A stretch of 64,000 nucleotides of DNA. It comes from Macrostomum lignano. Taxonomy: Eukaryota. The stretch spans positions 124,001-188,000 of the forward strand of contig NIVC01002811.1 in the NCBI GenBank assembly GCA_002269645.1, given 5' to 3'. Shown here piece by piece: positions 1 to 13,788 of this stretch (the first letter of the stretch is position 1; every line of letters begins with the position of its first letter). The position numbers were made by a program, and so were the translations under genes. Below the pieces are notes generated by a model. The model was not told where the DNA came from. It saw nothing but the letters and a program-made list of their open reading frames with translations, and searched no databases.

Positions 1-304
1 GACTTGGCGTGCGCTTCGAGATTTCGAGTTTTTCTGCTCTTGTGAACTGTGCTTACCGGTGTTTGAGTTCGTTCCGTTCGGCTGAGTCCATCTCTGTTCG
101 GCCATCGGAACTAATTAATCTTCAGGGGGTCCAGTGAGGAAATTCCAATTCCATTTTCGGGGCTGGAAAAATGTTCCTACTTTGAAGGCGTGCGATTAAA
201 ATACACCTGTAGCAGTCAGAAGCTCAGAAGATAAATAAAGGCGCGTTTTGGAAAGATCTGAGCCACACTAAGATGCATGCGGAGATACACGAAGACACAA
301 TAAA

Positions 305-1513
305 ATATACTAAGACACATACCGAGACACACTAAGACACAGAGAGACACTAAGACACATCTGAGAGACACACTAAGACACATACTGAGAGACACTAAGG
401 CACATACTGAGACACACTAAGGCACATACTGAGACACACTAAGACACATACTGAGACACACTAAGGCACATACTGAGACACACTAAGGCACATACTGAGA
501 CACACTAAGACACATACTGAGACACAATAAGACACATACTGAGAGACACTAAGGCAGTAACTGAGACACACTAAGACACATACTGAGAGACACTAAGACG
601 CATACTGAGACACATTAAGACACATCCTGAGACAGACTAAGACACAAACTGAGACACACAAAGACACATCCTGAGACACACTAAGGCACATACTGAGACA
701 CACTAAGACACATACTGAGACACACTAAGGCACATACTGAGACACACTAAGACACATACTGAGACACACTAAGGCACATACTGAGACACACTAAGACACA
801 TACTGAGACACAATAAGACACATACTGAGAGACACTAAGGCAGTAACTGAGACACACTAAGACACATACTGAGACACACTAAGACGCATACTGAGACACA
901 TTAAGACACATCCTGAGACAGACTAAGACACAAACTGAGACACACAAAGACACATCCTGAGACACATTAAGACACATCCTGAGACACACAAAGACACATC
1001 CTGAGACACACTAAGACACATACTGAGACACACTAAGACACATACTGAGACACACTAAGACACATACTGAGACACAATAAGACACATACTGAGACACATT
1101 AAGACACATCCTGAGACACATTAAGACACATCCTGAGACACACTAAGACACATATTGAGACACATTAAGACACATCCTGAGACACACAAAGACACATCCT
1201 GAGACACACTAAGACACATACTGAGACACACTAAGACACATACTGAGACACAATAAGACACATACTGAGACACATTAAGACACATCCTGAGACACATTAA
1301 GACACATCCTGAGACACACTAAGACACATACTGAGACACATAAGACACATCCTGAGACACACTAAGACACATCCTGACACACACTAAGACACAAACTGAG
1401 ACACACTAAGACATATACTGAGACACACTAAGACACATACTGAGAGACACAAAAACACACTGAGACACACTAAGACACATACTGAGACACACTAAGACGC
1501 ATACTGAGACAGA
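305..1513. repeat. Minisatellite, about 22-bp unit CATACTGAGACACACTAAGACA (intron before the first visible KCC exon)
   Basis: Direct inspection; ends about 16 nt before the acceptor. Confidence 0.95.
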
Positions 1514-1529
1514 CACGTCCGCCCTGCAG

Positions 1530-4500
1530 GAGGAGTACACCGGCAGGCCTCGGGTGGCCTCGGTGCTCACCCAGCTCATCCAGTACCGCGCCGGCATCAA
1601 CCCGACTAGTGGAGAGGCGCACGGCGAGGAGCAGAAAGCCGCGAACCTCGGCACCATCCTGGGCGTGTTCTTTCCCTGCATTCAGAACATCTTCGGCGTG
1701 CTGCTGTTCATCAGACTCGGCTGGATTGTCGGCGTCGCTGGCGGCTTCCAGACCCTCATGATCGTGCTGGCATGCTGCACCTGCACTCTGCTGACTGCCA
1801 TCTCCATGTCCGCCATCGCCACGAATGGCCGGGTTCCAGCCGGCGGCTCCTATTTCATGATATCGCGCTCGCTCGGCCCCGAGTTCGGCTCCGCTGTTGG
1901 CGTTCTGTTCTATTTGGCCAACACAGTGGCTGCCGCTATGTACGTTGTGGGCGCGATCGAGATTGCCATCGTGAGTTGGGGGAATTGCTTTGCTGCTGGG
2001 AGGAGTACCGGGGAGACTGGCTGATAAGTAGACAGGGAAGCAGGGAGGGAGAAGGGAGGGAGAGAGGGAGACAGGAAACGAGAGGAGTAGTGAATGAGAA
2101 GTAGACTACGAGAAATCGAGTAGGAGAAGAATCGACTTCAAGTAGAGTTGAAGTAGATTGTGAGAGGTTGAGTGGAAGAAGTAGAGTAGGAGAAGTAGAG
2201 TCAGAGAAGTTGAAGAAGATAAGATAACCTCTCAGCCGCCAACTTTACGCTGTCACGCAGGGAAAGAAAGGCCCGTTATCGGCTGGCAAAAGTAGGTGGC
2301 AACCGTATTGCTGCTGCCCCAGACGCTGGTGGTGTCCACTCCAAAAATACGGACCCCGCCCCTAATAAAAGATCCTGGCTGGAAGAGAAATAGAGAGAGA
2401 GAGAGAGGGAGACAGAGAAGTAGAGAGGCAGACAGGAAGGGAGAGAAGTAGAGGGGCAGACAGGAAGGGAGAGAAGTAGAGAGACAGACAGGAAGGGAGA
2501 GAAGTAGAGAGACAGACAGGAAGGCAGAGAAGTAGAGAGGCAGACAAGAAGGGAGAGAAGTAGAGAGACAGACAGGAAGGGAGAGAAATAGAGAGACAGA
2601 CAGGAAGGGAGAGAAGTAGAGAGACAAGACAGGAATGGAGAGAAGTAGAGAGACAGACAGGAAGGCAGAGAAGTAGAGAGGCAGAAGTAGAGAAGTAGAG
2701 GGGTAGAAAACAGATGTAGGAGAGGGCCATCGCTAATTAAAAAGCCTTTTTCGAGCGTAGTTGCTAAGTAAAGGCACAAATCACGTGACTGATGTACATA
2801 TCGCCGACAACAACAACATCGCTAAACCCTGCTTCTGCAGAAGTACATTGTGCCTCAAGCGGCCCTCTTTGAAGACTTCTTCAACAACGCAAGAATCTAC
2901 GGCCTGATACTGCTGGCACTGATGGGCATCTGCGTGATGATCGGCATTCGCTTCGTGTCCAAGGTGGCGCCCATCTCGCTTGCCTGCGTGCTCATCTCAA
3001 TCCTCAGCCTGACCATCGGCTTCTTCGTGTCCAACGACAGCAGCAGCCCGAGGATGTGCGCCCTGGGCAGCCGGCTGCTGCGCACCAAAGACCTGATGGA
3101 GAATGGCACCATGCAGTGCACTAAAGACCCCAGCGGGCCGATCTACCGGCTCTACTGCCAAAACCAGACGGACTCGGAAGCCTGCCAGTATTTCATGCGC
3201 AACGAAGCGTCCGCGTTCCCCGGCATTCCCGGCATCGCCAGCGGCGTCTTCGTCAAGAACTTCTGGCCGTCGCATTACACCGACGCTGGCTACCTGTACG
3301 ACTCCAATCCGCCGGAGCTGGGCGACAAGGCCCGGGGCGAGGAGCCGTCGATGGCGGATATTAGCACCTCGCTGATCATGCTGATCGGGATCTACTTTCC
3401 CAGCGTCACGGGCATCATGGCCGGCTCCAACAGGAGCGGCGACTTGGCTAAGCCGCACATTTCCATTCCGCGGGGCACCGTAGGCGCCGTGCTGGTCACC
3501 TCTGCTGTCTGTATCCTTTGCGGAGCCTGGGTCTGAATGGAGGGTCACTCTGAATAGAGGGTCACTCTGCATGGAGGGTCACTCTGCATGGAGGGTCACT
3601 CTGAATAGAGGGTCACTCTGAACAGAGGGTCACTCTGAATAGAGGGTCACTCTGAATGAAGGGTCACTCTGAATGGAGGGTCACTCTGAATGGAGGGTCA
3701 CTCTGAATGGAGGGTCACTCTGAATGGAGGGTCACTCTGAATTGAGGGTCACTCGGATTGGAGGGTCACTCTGAATGGAGGGTCACTCTGAATGGAGGGT
3801 CACTCTGAATTGAGGGTCACTCTGAATGGAGGGTCACTCTGAATGGAGGGTCACTCTGAATGGAGGGTCACTCTGAATTGAGGGTCACTCTGAGTGGAGG
3901 GTCACTCTAAATGGAGGGTCACTCTGAATAGAGGGTCACTCTGAATACAGGGTCACTCTGAATACAGGGTCACTCTGAACAGAGGGTCACTCTAAAAAGA
4001 GGGTCACTCTGAATACAGGGTCACTCTGAACAGAGGGTCACTCTGAATAGAGGGTCACTCTGCATGGAGGGTCACTCTAAATGGAGGGTCACTCTGAATA
4101 GAGGGTCACTCTGAATAGAGGGTCACTCTGAATACAGGGTCACTCTGAACAGAGGGTCACTCTGAACAGAGGGTCACTCTGAACAGAGGGTCACTCTGCA
4201 TGGAGGGTCACTCTGAATACAGGGTCACTCTGAACAGAGGGTCACTCTGCATGGAGGGTCACTATAAATGGAGCGTCACTCTGAATGGAGCGTCACTCTG
4301 AATGGAGGGTTACTCTGAATGGAGGGCCACTCTGAACAGAGGGTCACTCTAAATGGAGGGTCACTTTGAATGGAGGGCCACAATTTGAATGGAGAGTCAC
4401 TCTGTATTGAAGAGCACTCTAAAGGCAGAGGCACTCTAAAGAACGTTTATGCTCTTTCTCTTTCGTAGGTACTTTAAAGAGAAACTATTTTCCTTGAATC

Positions 4501-7500
4501 AAAGCAACGCAATTGCGCGACAATCCCCACGCCAGACATCGCCTCAACCCTGCTATTTGCCGCTAACGTTGACGGCCGCCTTCTTCGCGACAAGTGAGTT
4601 TGAACTGTTTTTAACCGGGGCAGTTTTTCACTGTATGCAGTGCTAAGATCCGCTGTTACCCCGTGTAAAATTTCAGATTTGGCGTCAGTCTGGACGGCAA
4701 ATTGGTGGCAGCGTTGATGGCCTGGCCAACCGAGTGGCTCATTTTGATTGGCTCCTGCCTGTCCACTGTTGGAGCCGGCTTGCAGAGCCTTACTGGTGAG
4801 ATTTAGAAGGCGGAAGCGGAAGGAGAGGGCGCAAGAGGAGGGAGAGGGCGGAAGATGAAGGAGAGGGCGGACGATGAAGGAGAGGGCGGAAGATGAAGGA
4901 GAGGGCGGAAGATGAAGGAGAGGGCGGAAGATGAAGGAGAGGGCGGAAGATGAAGGAGAGGGCGGAAGAGGAGGGAGGGGCGGAAGAGGAGGGAGAGGGC
5001 GGAAGAGGAGGGAGAGGGCGGAAGAGGAGGGAGAGGGCGGAAGATGAAGGAGAGGGCGGAAGATGAAGGAGAGGGCGGAAGATGAAGGAGAGGGCGGAAG
5101 ATGAAGGAGAGGGCGGAAGATGAAGGAGAGGGCGGAAGATGAAGGAGAGGGCGGAAGATGAAGGAGAGGGCGGAAGATGAAGGAGAGGGCGGAAGATGAA
5201 GGAGAGGGCGGAAGATGAAGGAGAGGGCGGAAGATGAAGGAGAGGGCGGAAGAGGAGGGAGAGGGCGGAAGAGGAGGAGGGAGAGGGCGGAAGAGGAGGG
5301 AGAGGGCGGAAGAGGAGGGAGAGGGCGGAAGAGGAGGGAGAGGGCGGAAGAGGAAGGAGAAGGCGGAAGATGAAGGAGAGGGCGGAAGAGGAAGGAGAGA
5401 GTGGAAGAGGAGGGAGGGGCGGAAGATGAAGGAGAAGGCGGAAGAGGAGGGAGAGGGCGGAAGAGGAAGGAGAAGGCGGAAGAGGAGGGAGAGGGCGGAA
5501 GAGGAGGGAGAAGGCGGAAGAGGAGGGAGAGGGCGGAAGAGGAGGGAGAAGGCGGAAGAGGAGGGAGAGGGCGGAGGAGGAGGGAGAAGGCGGAAGAGGA
5601 GGGAGAGGGCGGAAGAGGAGGGAGAAGGCGGAAGAGGAAGGAGAAGGCGGAAGAGGAGGGAAGGCGGAAGAGGAGGGAGAAGGCGGAAGCGGAAGGAGAG
5701 GGCGCAAGAGGAGGGAGAGGGCGGAAGAGGAGGGAGAGAGCGGAAGAGGATTAGAGGGCGCAAGAGGAGGGAGAAGGCGGAAGAGGATTAGAGGGCGCAA
5801 GAGGAGGGAGTTAGAGGCGGAAGAAGAAGAGTGAATTATAGGGGAGATCTACAGGGATCGAAAATCGACAGCAAAAGCAGATCCCGCACTCTGTCGCTTG
5901 CAATCCGCATCCCAAATTTCCCGCAGGTGCTCCCCGCCTGTTCCAGGCTATCGCTGCCGACAGCGTCATTGGCTTGCTGGCGCCCTTCAAGGTCACCACC
6001 GCTCGCGGCGAGCCATTCCGAGCCCAGCTCCTCACGCTGTCGATGTGCGCCGCCGGAGTCCTGATCGCCGACATCGACGCACTGACGCCGCTGATATCCC
6101 AGTTCTTTCTCATGTGCTACGGCTTCGTCAACATGGCCACCTGTTTGAACAGCCTGCTGAGCGAGCCCAGCTGGCGGCCCAGCTTCCGGTATTACCACTG
6201 GACAACCTCAAGCCTGGGCTTCCTGTTCTGCCTGGGCCTGATGTTCATGTCCAGCTGGTACTTCGCTATCCTGGCAATGTTCATCGCTGTGGCCATCTAC
6301 TTCTACGTGCAGTGGAAGGGCGCCACCATTGAGTGGGGCGACGCCACCAACGGCCTGCAGTTGTCGGCGGCCAAGAAAGCCCTGCTGTCTGTTGACGAGA
6401 AGCCGCCTCACGCTAAGAACTGGCGGCCCCAGCTACTTGTGCTGCTGGAGGCCGGGGACAACTTGAAGCCGAAGCACGTCTGTCTGCTGGATCTTCTGTC
6501 GCAGCTGAAGGCTGGCCGCGGCCTCACCATCGTTGGCTCTGTCATCCAGGGCATGGTCTACGATCATTACGCTGACCTGGACGATGCCAAGGCCGCTCTG
6601 CGCTCCGTGATGAAGGCTAAACGGGTGAAAGGCATTGTCAAGATGATCGTTTCCCAGGATGTGGTTCAGGGAATCGAGCACCTGGTGCAGAGCGCCGGCC
6701 TAGGAGGCCTGGAGCACAACTGCGTCATGATGTCATTCCCCACCGCCTGGTCGTCTGGTGAGCACTGAATCTGGATTGCCCGATCCCCCTCCGTGCTGAC
6801 GCATTCTGTCCTCCATGTTGACGCATTCTGTCCTCCATGTTGACGCATTCTGTCCTCCATGTTGACGCATTCTGTCCTCCATGTTGACGCATTCTGTCCT
6901 CCATGTTGACGCATTCTGTCCTCCATGTTGACGCATTCTGTCCTCCGTGCTGACGCATTCTGTCCTCCGTACTGACGCATTCTGTCCTCCGTACTGAGTT
7001 GTCCTCCGTACTGACGCATTCTGTCCTCTGAGCTAACGCATTCTGTCCTCCGTGCTGACGCATTCTGTCCTCTGAGCTAACGCATTCTGTCCTCCGTGCT
7101 GACGCATTCTGTCCTCTGAGCTAACGCATTCTGTCCTCCGTGCTGACGCATTCTGTCCTCCGTACTGACGCATTCTGTCCTCCGTACTGACGCATTCTGT
7201 CCTCCGTGCTGACGCATTCTGTCCTCCGTGCTGACGCATTCTGTCCTCCATGCTGACGAATTCTGTCCTCTGTGCTGACGCATTCTGTCCTCCGTACTGA
7301 CGCATTCTGTCCTCCGTACTAACGCATTCTGTCCTCCGTGCTGACGCATTCTGTCCTCTGTACTGACGCATTCTGTCCTCCGTGCTGACGCATTCTGTCC
7401 TCCGTACTGACGCATTCTGTCCTCCGTGCTGATGCGTTCTGTCCTCCGTACTGACGCATTCTGTCTCCCGCACTGACGTTTCCTATGTTTTCATTGCTGG

Positions 7501-10500
7501 CTCTGATGACCACCCTGTCGTAAATGATAAGCTGGTTGGCTTTGCGACATTATGCCAAGCCAACAGCTGAGATCCAGTAGAGAAACTTATCTCGCACGTC
7601 AGGCGAATCTCCAAAACCTCTTCCATCCGGTTCTTCCTCGCCGCCGTAAGAAGAAATTCAATTTTGCCCGACGTTGGAGAAGAAAATACCCTGTCTTGTA
7701 GTACAAGCACTTTCTCTCTCCCTCTCTCTCTACCTCTCCTATCTCTCTTTCGTTTGAGGAGATCTCCGCCTGCCTAATCACCATGCTCCCACGAGCATTC
7801 CGAATGCAATTTCCTACCTCTGCCTCCCTCCCAGCTGTGCCGCCCAGCCCGCAGTCCCAAGCGTGGATTGGTGTCAGATTCCATTCCGCTCTGCTCCAGT
7901 CAGCTGCCATGCAGGCTCCCGTCGACTTAAAACGTGATTTAAAACGTATCAACCGTCAACTGTCCACGAATAATAACCCCTACTAAAAATCTTATTCACA
8001 GGTGACGAGGTCGGTTTTTGCTTAGCCAATATTTGTAGCGCTGCTTATGAATTTCTGTGAGCTTGAGGCAGGGTTTGTAGTCTCCCAGATCCCAATCTCT
8101 GAGTAAATTGAGCGACATTAAACGATTGACGGAGTGTTCTCTAACTGCTAGGAATAGGCTTCGGATTTAATCTGATTTTAACAATAACTCTGACTTTCGT
8201 GAATTTACTGAATTATCGCAGCGAACCGCTATGTATAGAACTCGCCTTTGCAACTACTTAAAAATTCATGGGAAGCCCATAGTTCATCCTATGTTTTTGG
8301 TGCAATTCTATTTTTTCGGAACCAAAAAAATTTTTCTCGCTACGCATACATCAAAAAGTATTTTTTTAATTCTCAATATCACATCCGCAAATGCGGTCTT
8401 TGTGTCTCAGTATGTGTCTAAGTGTGACTGTGTTAAACTGATTGTGAAAGGAATGCAAGCCAGACAGCTATGGGGTGAGGTATGAGCTGTGATCAGGTCT
8501 ACGTCTCCCTAATACGAGGTCATTCCTTGCCGACCCTTCCGTAGGGCACCATGCCGAAGCTTACGACAAGTTCATGGCTGTTATCCGGGTTAGCGCCGTC
8601 TGCGGAAAAGCCGTCCTCGTGCCCAAGAACGTCGACAACTTCCCGACGAAGTTCCCGGACCAGAAGCAGACCGGTACCATCGATCTGTGGTGGATTGTTC
8701 ACGACGGAGGACTGCTTCTTCTACTGGCTCACTTACTGAAACGCAACAAGTTCTGGAGCAAGTGTCGCCTCCGTGTGTTCACCGTGGCCCAGACTAGCGA
8801 CAACTCCGTGGAAATGCGCACCTTCATGTGCTCGTACATCAGCCAGCTGCGCATGGAGGCGGACGTCGAGGTGGTGGAACTGCAGACCGCCATTATGAGC
8901 GCCTACACCGCCAATCGAACTCTGAGCATGACGAACCGTTGCGAGGTGCTGTCCCAGACCGATTCGCAGGGACTGGCGGATCCGCAGGTGTTCGTTGACA
9001 ATCTTCGCGACATGAAGACGGCAGCCGAGACGGCGGCTGGCGGCACGACCGCCACATCAGGGCACACGAACGGCGACCTGAGTGCCGAGATGGAGAATCA
9101 GTACACCTTCAGTGCGAACGCTGCCCGCCAGGAACCAGCTCTGTGAGTGTTGAATATTGGCAGGTGACAGGTAGAAACAGCGAGAAGAGCACAGAGTTTG
9201 CGTGTCCGAGGGGAGGCTAACGAGATGGAGAGTCGCTTACTTGAGATTAGTGATATCTCGCCAGTTTAAGCAACACCATGGTCTAAAACAGAGTATAGGC
9301 GTACATCTGACCTATTTTCATGGCCAGTCGTTCTCGTGCGTTACTAATTTCTATCAGTTGGGATTCTTCAGGCCGACAGAACTAAAAGTCTTCCTCTCCC
9401 ATTCTACAAGCTGCCCTCCAGTTTTTGACAACAACCAGCCGAGTGAGTGGAACTAGGTTCAAGGGCGTCTTTTTTTCTGCTCGAGGATTGCGGAGAGGCC
9501 ACTCGGTTGGGAAAAATAAGAACTAGGTGGCGGAGCTATGGATGCTCAAAGCCCTCCCCCGCCCCAAAAATGGGACTTGCGCGCACGCGCCTCAACGCGA
9601 GAATTCAGACCCCCCTAGCTGCCTTCCCAGAGCCCGAGCCGGCGAAATTCCTTCTGCCCTCGCCCTCACCCCTCCGGCGAATCGCGTAGATGACGGCGCC
9701 CACACGTGACAGCTGGGAAAGTGGCTGGACGGCTAGGTCAGGCGAGGTAAAAATAAGAGTAGCAAGTGACAGAACAGGAAGAAAAGCGAAAGAAGAAGAC
9801 TGTGTCTATGAGGGCAAAGGCATGAAGCCTTTGGTGTAGCTAGACGAGAGGGAACATTCTTCTTTGCAGGGGAGTATTGAATGGGAATAAGTCTCTAAAC
9901 AGACTGGGGGGAGTGGGTTTTTACCTAAATTTGTAATATAGGTGAGCGCTTGCGCTTTTGGGAACACAATAGGCCTCAGATCCCAATCCTAGATCCCAAT
10001 CCCAGATTCCCAGATATTGTGTAATAAATTTAACTAGTTGGCGACCGCCCCGTTCTTCCATGGAACGGGGGCGGTTCCCGCGCGTGGCTCAGCGTACAGA
10101 CTCTGATCGCATTTCTATTCCATGTTTATTGCTCAATGCTTAATATCGGCAGCGATCAAGTATTATGAATAAATATAGTCGCACCGCCCGTGTGGGGGCT
10201 CTGAGCTTTTCCCCTTCGGCCAGTTCTGTTAAATCATGATTTGAACTATTACAGATCCCAATCCCAGATCCCAATCCCAGATCCCAATCCCAGATCCCAA
10301 TCCCAGATCCCAATCCCAGATCCCAATCCCAGATCCCAATCCCAGATCCCAATCCCAGATCCCAATCCCAGATCCCAATCCCAGATCCCAATCCCAGATC
10401 CCAATCCCAGATCCCAATCCCAGATCCCAATCCCAGATCCCAATCCCAGATCCCAATCCCAGATCCCAATCCCAGATCCCAATCCCAGATCCCAATCCCA

Positions 10501-13191
10501 GATCCCAATCCCAGATCCCAATCCCAGATCCCAATCCCAGATCCCAATCCCAGATCCCAATCCCAGATCCCAATCCCAGATCCCAATCCCAGATCCCAAT
10601 CCCAGATCCCAATCCCAGATCCCAATCCCAGATCCCAATCCCAGATCCCAATCCCAGATCCCAATCCCAGATCCCAATCCCAGATCCCAATCCCAGATCC
10701 CAATCCCAGATCCCAATCCCAGATCCCAATCCCAGATCCCAATCCCAGATCCCAATCCCAGATCCCAATCCCAGATCCCAATCCCAGCTCCTGATCCCAA
10801 TCCATGATCATACGCAACACCGGACGTGGCGAGTTTGAATTCCCAAATGCTGGCGTTACCCAAACGTCCCTCTCTGAACCTGTCCAGGCGAAGCATGTAA
10901 TTTCCTATCCAACGATCGCATTTCTCATAAAATCCCATTTGCTCCCGGTCGTGCCCATCCCCTGGGCCGCAATCAGTTCCCATCGCTGCGCGGCGAGTGC
11001 AGCCCTTTTTTTTACTCCTGCCCGGCCAAGCCTGACCTGGGATGCGGGGGGGGCTGCATGCTTGGCTGGCCGGCTGAGTGAGCATTTTCCTGTGCCGCCC
11101 CGTTACCCGGTGCTCGTTAGGCTGTCCATCTAATTAACAAAACTAATCGATTTGTTGTTCGTGACATTAAAGTTTGCAAAAAGGTGTCGCTCGTCTCTTC
11201 TAGATAAAGTTGTAGAAGGACTCTTCTAGATAAGAGAGATTCAGAAGTGTGCGGAAAGGACGTTCTCTAATTGTAAGTGTCGGTAAACTGTTTTTAACTC
11301 ACAGAGCCAAATAAAGAATCTAGCTCATGGCTGCGGGCAACGTTAGAGAGTACAGAAGAGGGAATAGAGAAGAGTGAACGGGAAAGAGAGATGAGAAGTG
11401 AGAAGAGAAATCTGAGAAGAGAAAGCTGAGAAGAGAAAGCTGAGAAGAGAGACGTTTTGAGCTGTTGTGAAGTTTCAGAGGACCCGAGGGCCGGATAGAG
11501 AGGCTTCGCGTGACGCATGTGGTTAGAAGGCACGCCAGTTAGCTCGTAGGTAGACTTAATTAAAAGCTAATCTATCACTATCCATAGTTGTAAATCACTA
11601 TCACTATCTCTTCCGATTCTGGTGGAAAATAGATCCAATTAGTGTGAGTATAAGGGTGAATCGGGTCATCTCACATTCATTTTGTTTGGATCTATAGGCT
11701 TAAACAAATAAGGGTGTAATATTACTATTATACACTGAAGATTGTACAATTTTGTACTTGCTCTAGTTAATCTGTACCAAATTTAGTTAATAAGCCGAAA
11801 ATTCATCACGTCTTACGCTTAGGAAAGATTGATCTTAGCTGACGTATTTTTTATATGCTCTGTTTAGGGGGGACCACGGTAGAGCGGTATCACATCGCTC
11901 TTTTATTCCAGAGATTAAGTCCTTAACCGTTCTGTTCTGTTAGTACAACAAAAGTCCACGAGGGCCTTACTCAGCAACACTGCTTTTGGATCGATAGTCA
12001 ACTCCAGGTGTCTGGAAATGAACCTTAGGTGAAACTCCGGAACCAAACCAACTGGAATTGACAGTCAAATTTCGATTTGCAGATTGCATTTTGGAGGCTT
12101 GTTTATCGAAAATTATAGACTCCATAGTTGAGGCTGCATGGTCTGTACTACTAATTAAAGTAGAAGGTCGCTATCACCTGATTTTATTAGAAACAACCTG
12201 GATGCCGGTATATCCCTTTCCATTTGGTGCTATGTGTTGTCGAGAGCATACAAAATCCTTCGAATGGTCAATCGTTCGCTTTTCCCCATGAAATTGGGGG
12301 AAAGAAATTAGACTAAGCTACTCTTTCTGGGTAAAGAAAGGAAAGAGTACATGCTTATACATATTTTTTCAAAGTTCAGCACATCTTTGTTGCTTTTTAA
12401 ATACGCATTTCTATTGTAACTTACTTAAAATTATTTGAGCATTTATCTACAACAATTTGCTGATGTTTCTACTAACTTGTTTCGCAAGAACAGTAGGCTA
12501 CTTAGCATTTTTATTCGGCATCGCATGCCATAGAAGATTAAGCATTCTGTTGATTTAGCTAGAAGTTTTACTTTATGGGGCTCCATTCCTGAAATCACTG
12601 GAAAAATCACTGCTTATAAAAAATGGATGGCAAATTTCGTCCGAAAATTGAACTGGCGGTTTCTCTGATGGCGATTAGAAATTCTCTCTACAGGTGCGTC
12701 TCACTCTGCTTCAGGGCGAAAGAAGAACGGAAATGTTGCGTCAACTTAATCACAGCTATGAGGGCCAAACCCTAAGGCTGAATGTACACGCCTGACGATT
12801 AGAAAGTCAGGGCCGTTGTACACCCTCTATGAGCGTGTGTACAGTACTCTCTGCACCGGACTTTTTCTTTAAAAAGCAGCGATCAACAACATGGGTTTGC
12901 AACAAAACCAATCAATCACCAGCAAGAAGCGTTGAACATTTCCATCGAATATTCCTCAGGGACACGCAGATTCTCCGCCGCATGCACAGCGCCGTGCAGC
13001 TGAACGAGGTTCTCAAGAAGAAATCGGCAGGCGCTTCTCTAGTTGTGCTCAACATGCCGGGGCCCAACGCGGTGCCGGATCCGACGCGCGACTTTCACTA
13101 CATGGAGTACCTGGAAGCCCTGACCGAGGGCCTGGAGCGGGTACTGCTGGTCCGGGGCTCCGGGCGCGAAGTTGTCACCATTTCGCAGTGA
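1530..13191 (+). CDS. SLC12A/KCC: Cation-chloride cotransporter, K-Cl cotransporter (KCC/SLC12A4-7 family), 5'-partial. Exons 1530-1970, 2841-3510, 4536-4593, 4677-4795, 5927-6757, 8545-9142, 12960-13191
   Basis: Translated exons give KCC motifs: [121 protein letters not shown]-stop. All junctions are GT..AG with compatible phases (0,1,2,1,1,2). Confidence 0.95.
2388..2700. repeat. Purine-rich 28-bp minisatellite GAGAGAAGTAGAGAGACAGACAGGAAGG (KCC intron)
   Basis: Direct inspection. Confidence 0.9.
3511..4535 (+). other. U12-type (minor spliceosome) GT-AG intron in KCC
   Basis: 5' site GTATCCTTT; branch-like TTTTCCTTGAAT about 40 nt before the AG; no polypyrimidine tract; frame joins V-Y(T|AC)-IASTLLF. 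Confidence 0.8.
3534..4430. repeat. 17-bp minisatellite TGGAGGGTCACTCTGAA inside the U12 intron
   Basis: Direct inspection. Confidence 0.95.
4805..5825. repeat. Purine-rich 19-bp minisatellite GAGGGCGGAAGATGAAGGA (KCC intron)
   Basis: Direct inspection; explains the spurious low-complexity ORFs at 4474-5800. Confidence 0.95.
6790..7478. repeat. 22-bp minisatellite CTGACGCATTCTGTCCTCCGTG (KCC intron)
   Basis: Direct inspection. Confidence 0.95.
10253..10800. repeat. Near-perfect 13-bp satellite (AGATCCCAATCCC)n, about 41 copies (KCC intron)
   Basis: Direct inspection. Confidence 0.97.
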
Positions 13192-13279
13192 GCGAGTTGA
13201 GCTGAGTTGTGCGGACTGTGAAGACAGCTAAGACGGACTTTTAGGGCTTGAACAGAGGGTTGACTTCAAGGGTTAATAC

Positions 13280-13788
13280 CAAAGAGTATTGAGGTCGCCT
13301 GGTATAGAGTGCCAATAAGGATGAAAATCTGAAGCCGATTTTTAGAATCCACCCACCCCCTCCGGTTACCAAGCTTTTTAGTCTATGGCACAAGTTGTGG
13401 CTAGAATGGTGTACAAAGCCGATGCTTAAGATTAATACGGATGCATCAGAAACGCAGTTATTGCAATTAGCTACCGCGCACTTTAGGGGCATGGCTGCTG
13501 TTGTTCAGACGTAAGGACTATATGGCATGGCTGTTACGGAGTTGTGTATCGACGACGGCAGCTGAGTCTGGTGACTGAGTGATGTTGTCTTGCTTATTTG
13601 ATGCATGCATTTTCTAAGTGTGAAATGTCTTATATTTCTGAGCATCGGCTTTGTACACCATTCTAGCCACAACTTGTGTCATAGACTAAACAGCTTGGTG
13701 ACTGGAGGGGGTGGGTGGATTCTAAAAATCGGCTTCAGATTTTCATAATTGATTGGCGCTCTATACTGGGCGACCTCAATACTATTTG
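13280..13788. mobile_element. hAT-type MITE, 509 bp, long TIRs
   Basis: Ends CAAAGAGTATTGAGGTCGCC..GGCGACCTCAATACTATTTG; inverted arms extend about 160 bp; 8-bp TSD GTTAATAC at 13272-13279 and 13789-13796. Confidence 0.85.

Noticed and set aside
10035-10080. LTR primer-binding site TGGCGACC plus GC hairpin
   Set aside because: No adjacent LTR end or gag/pol sequence.
12694-12795. Alternative KCC exon ([18 protein letters not shown] resembles TLMMEQRSQMLRQM)
   Set aside because: Wrong phase for the 9142 donor, ends in a stop with no donor, and the sequence belongs to a dispersed repeat also found at 56.2 and 57.5 kb.
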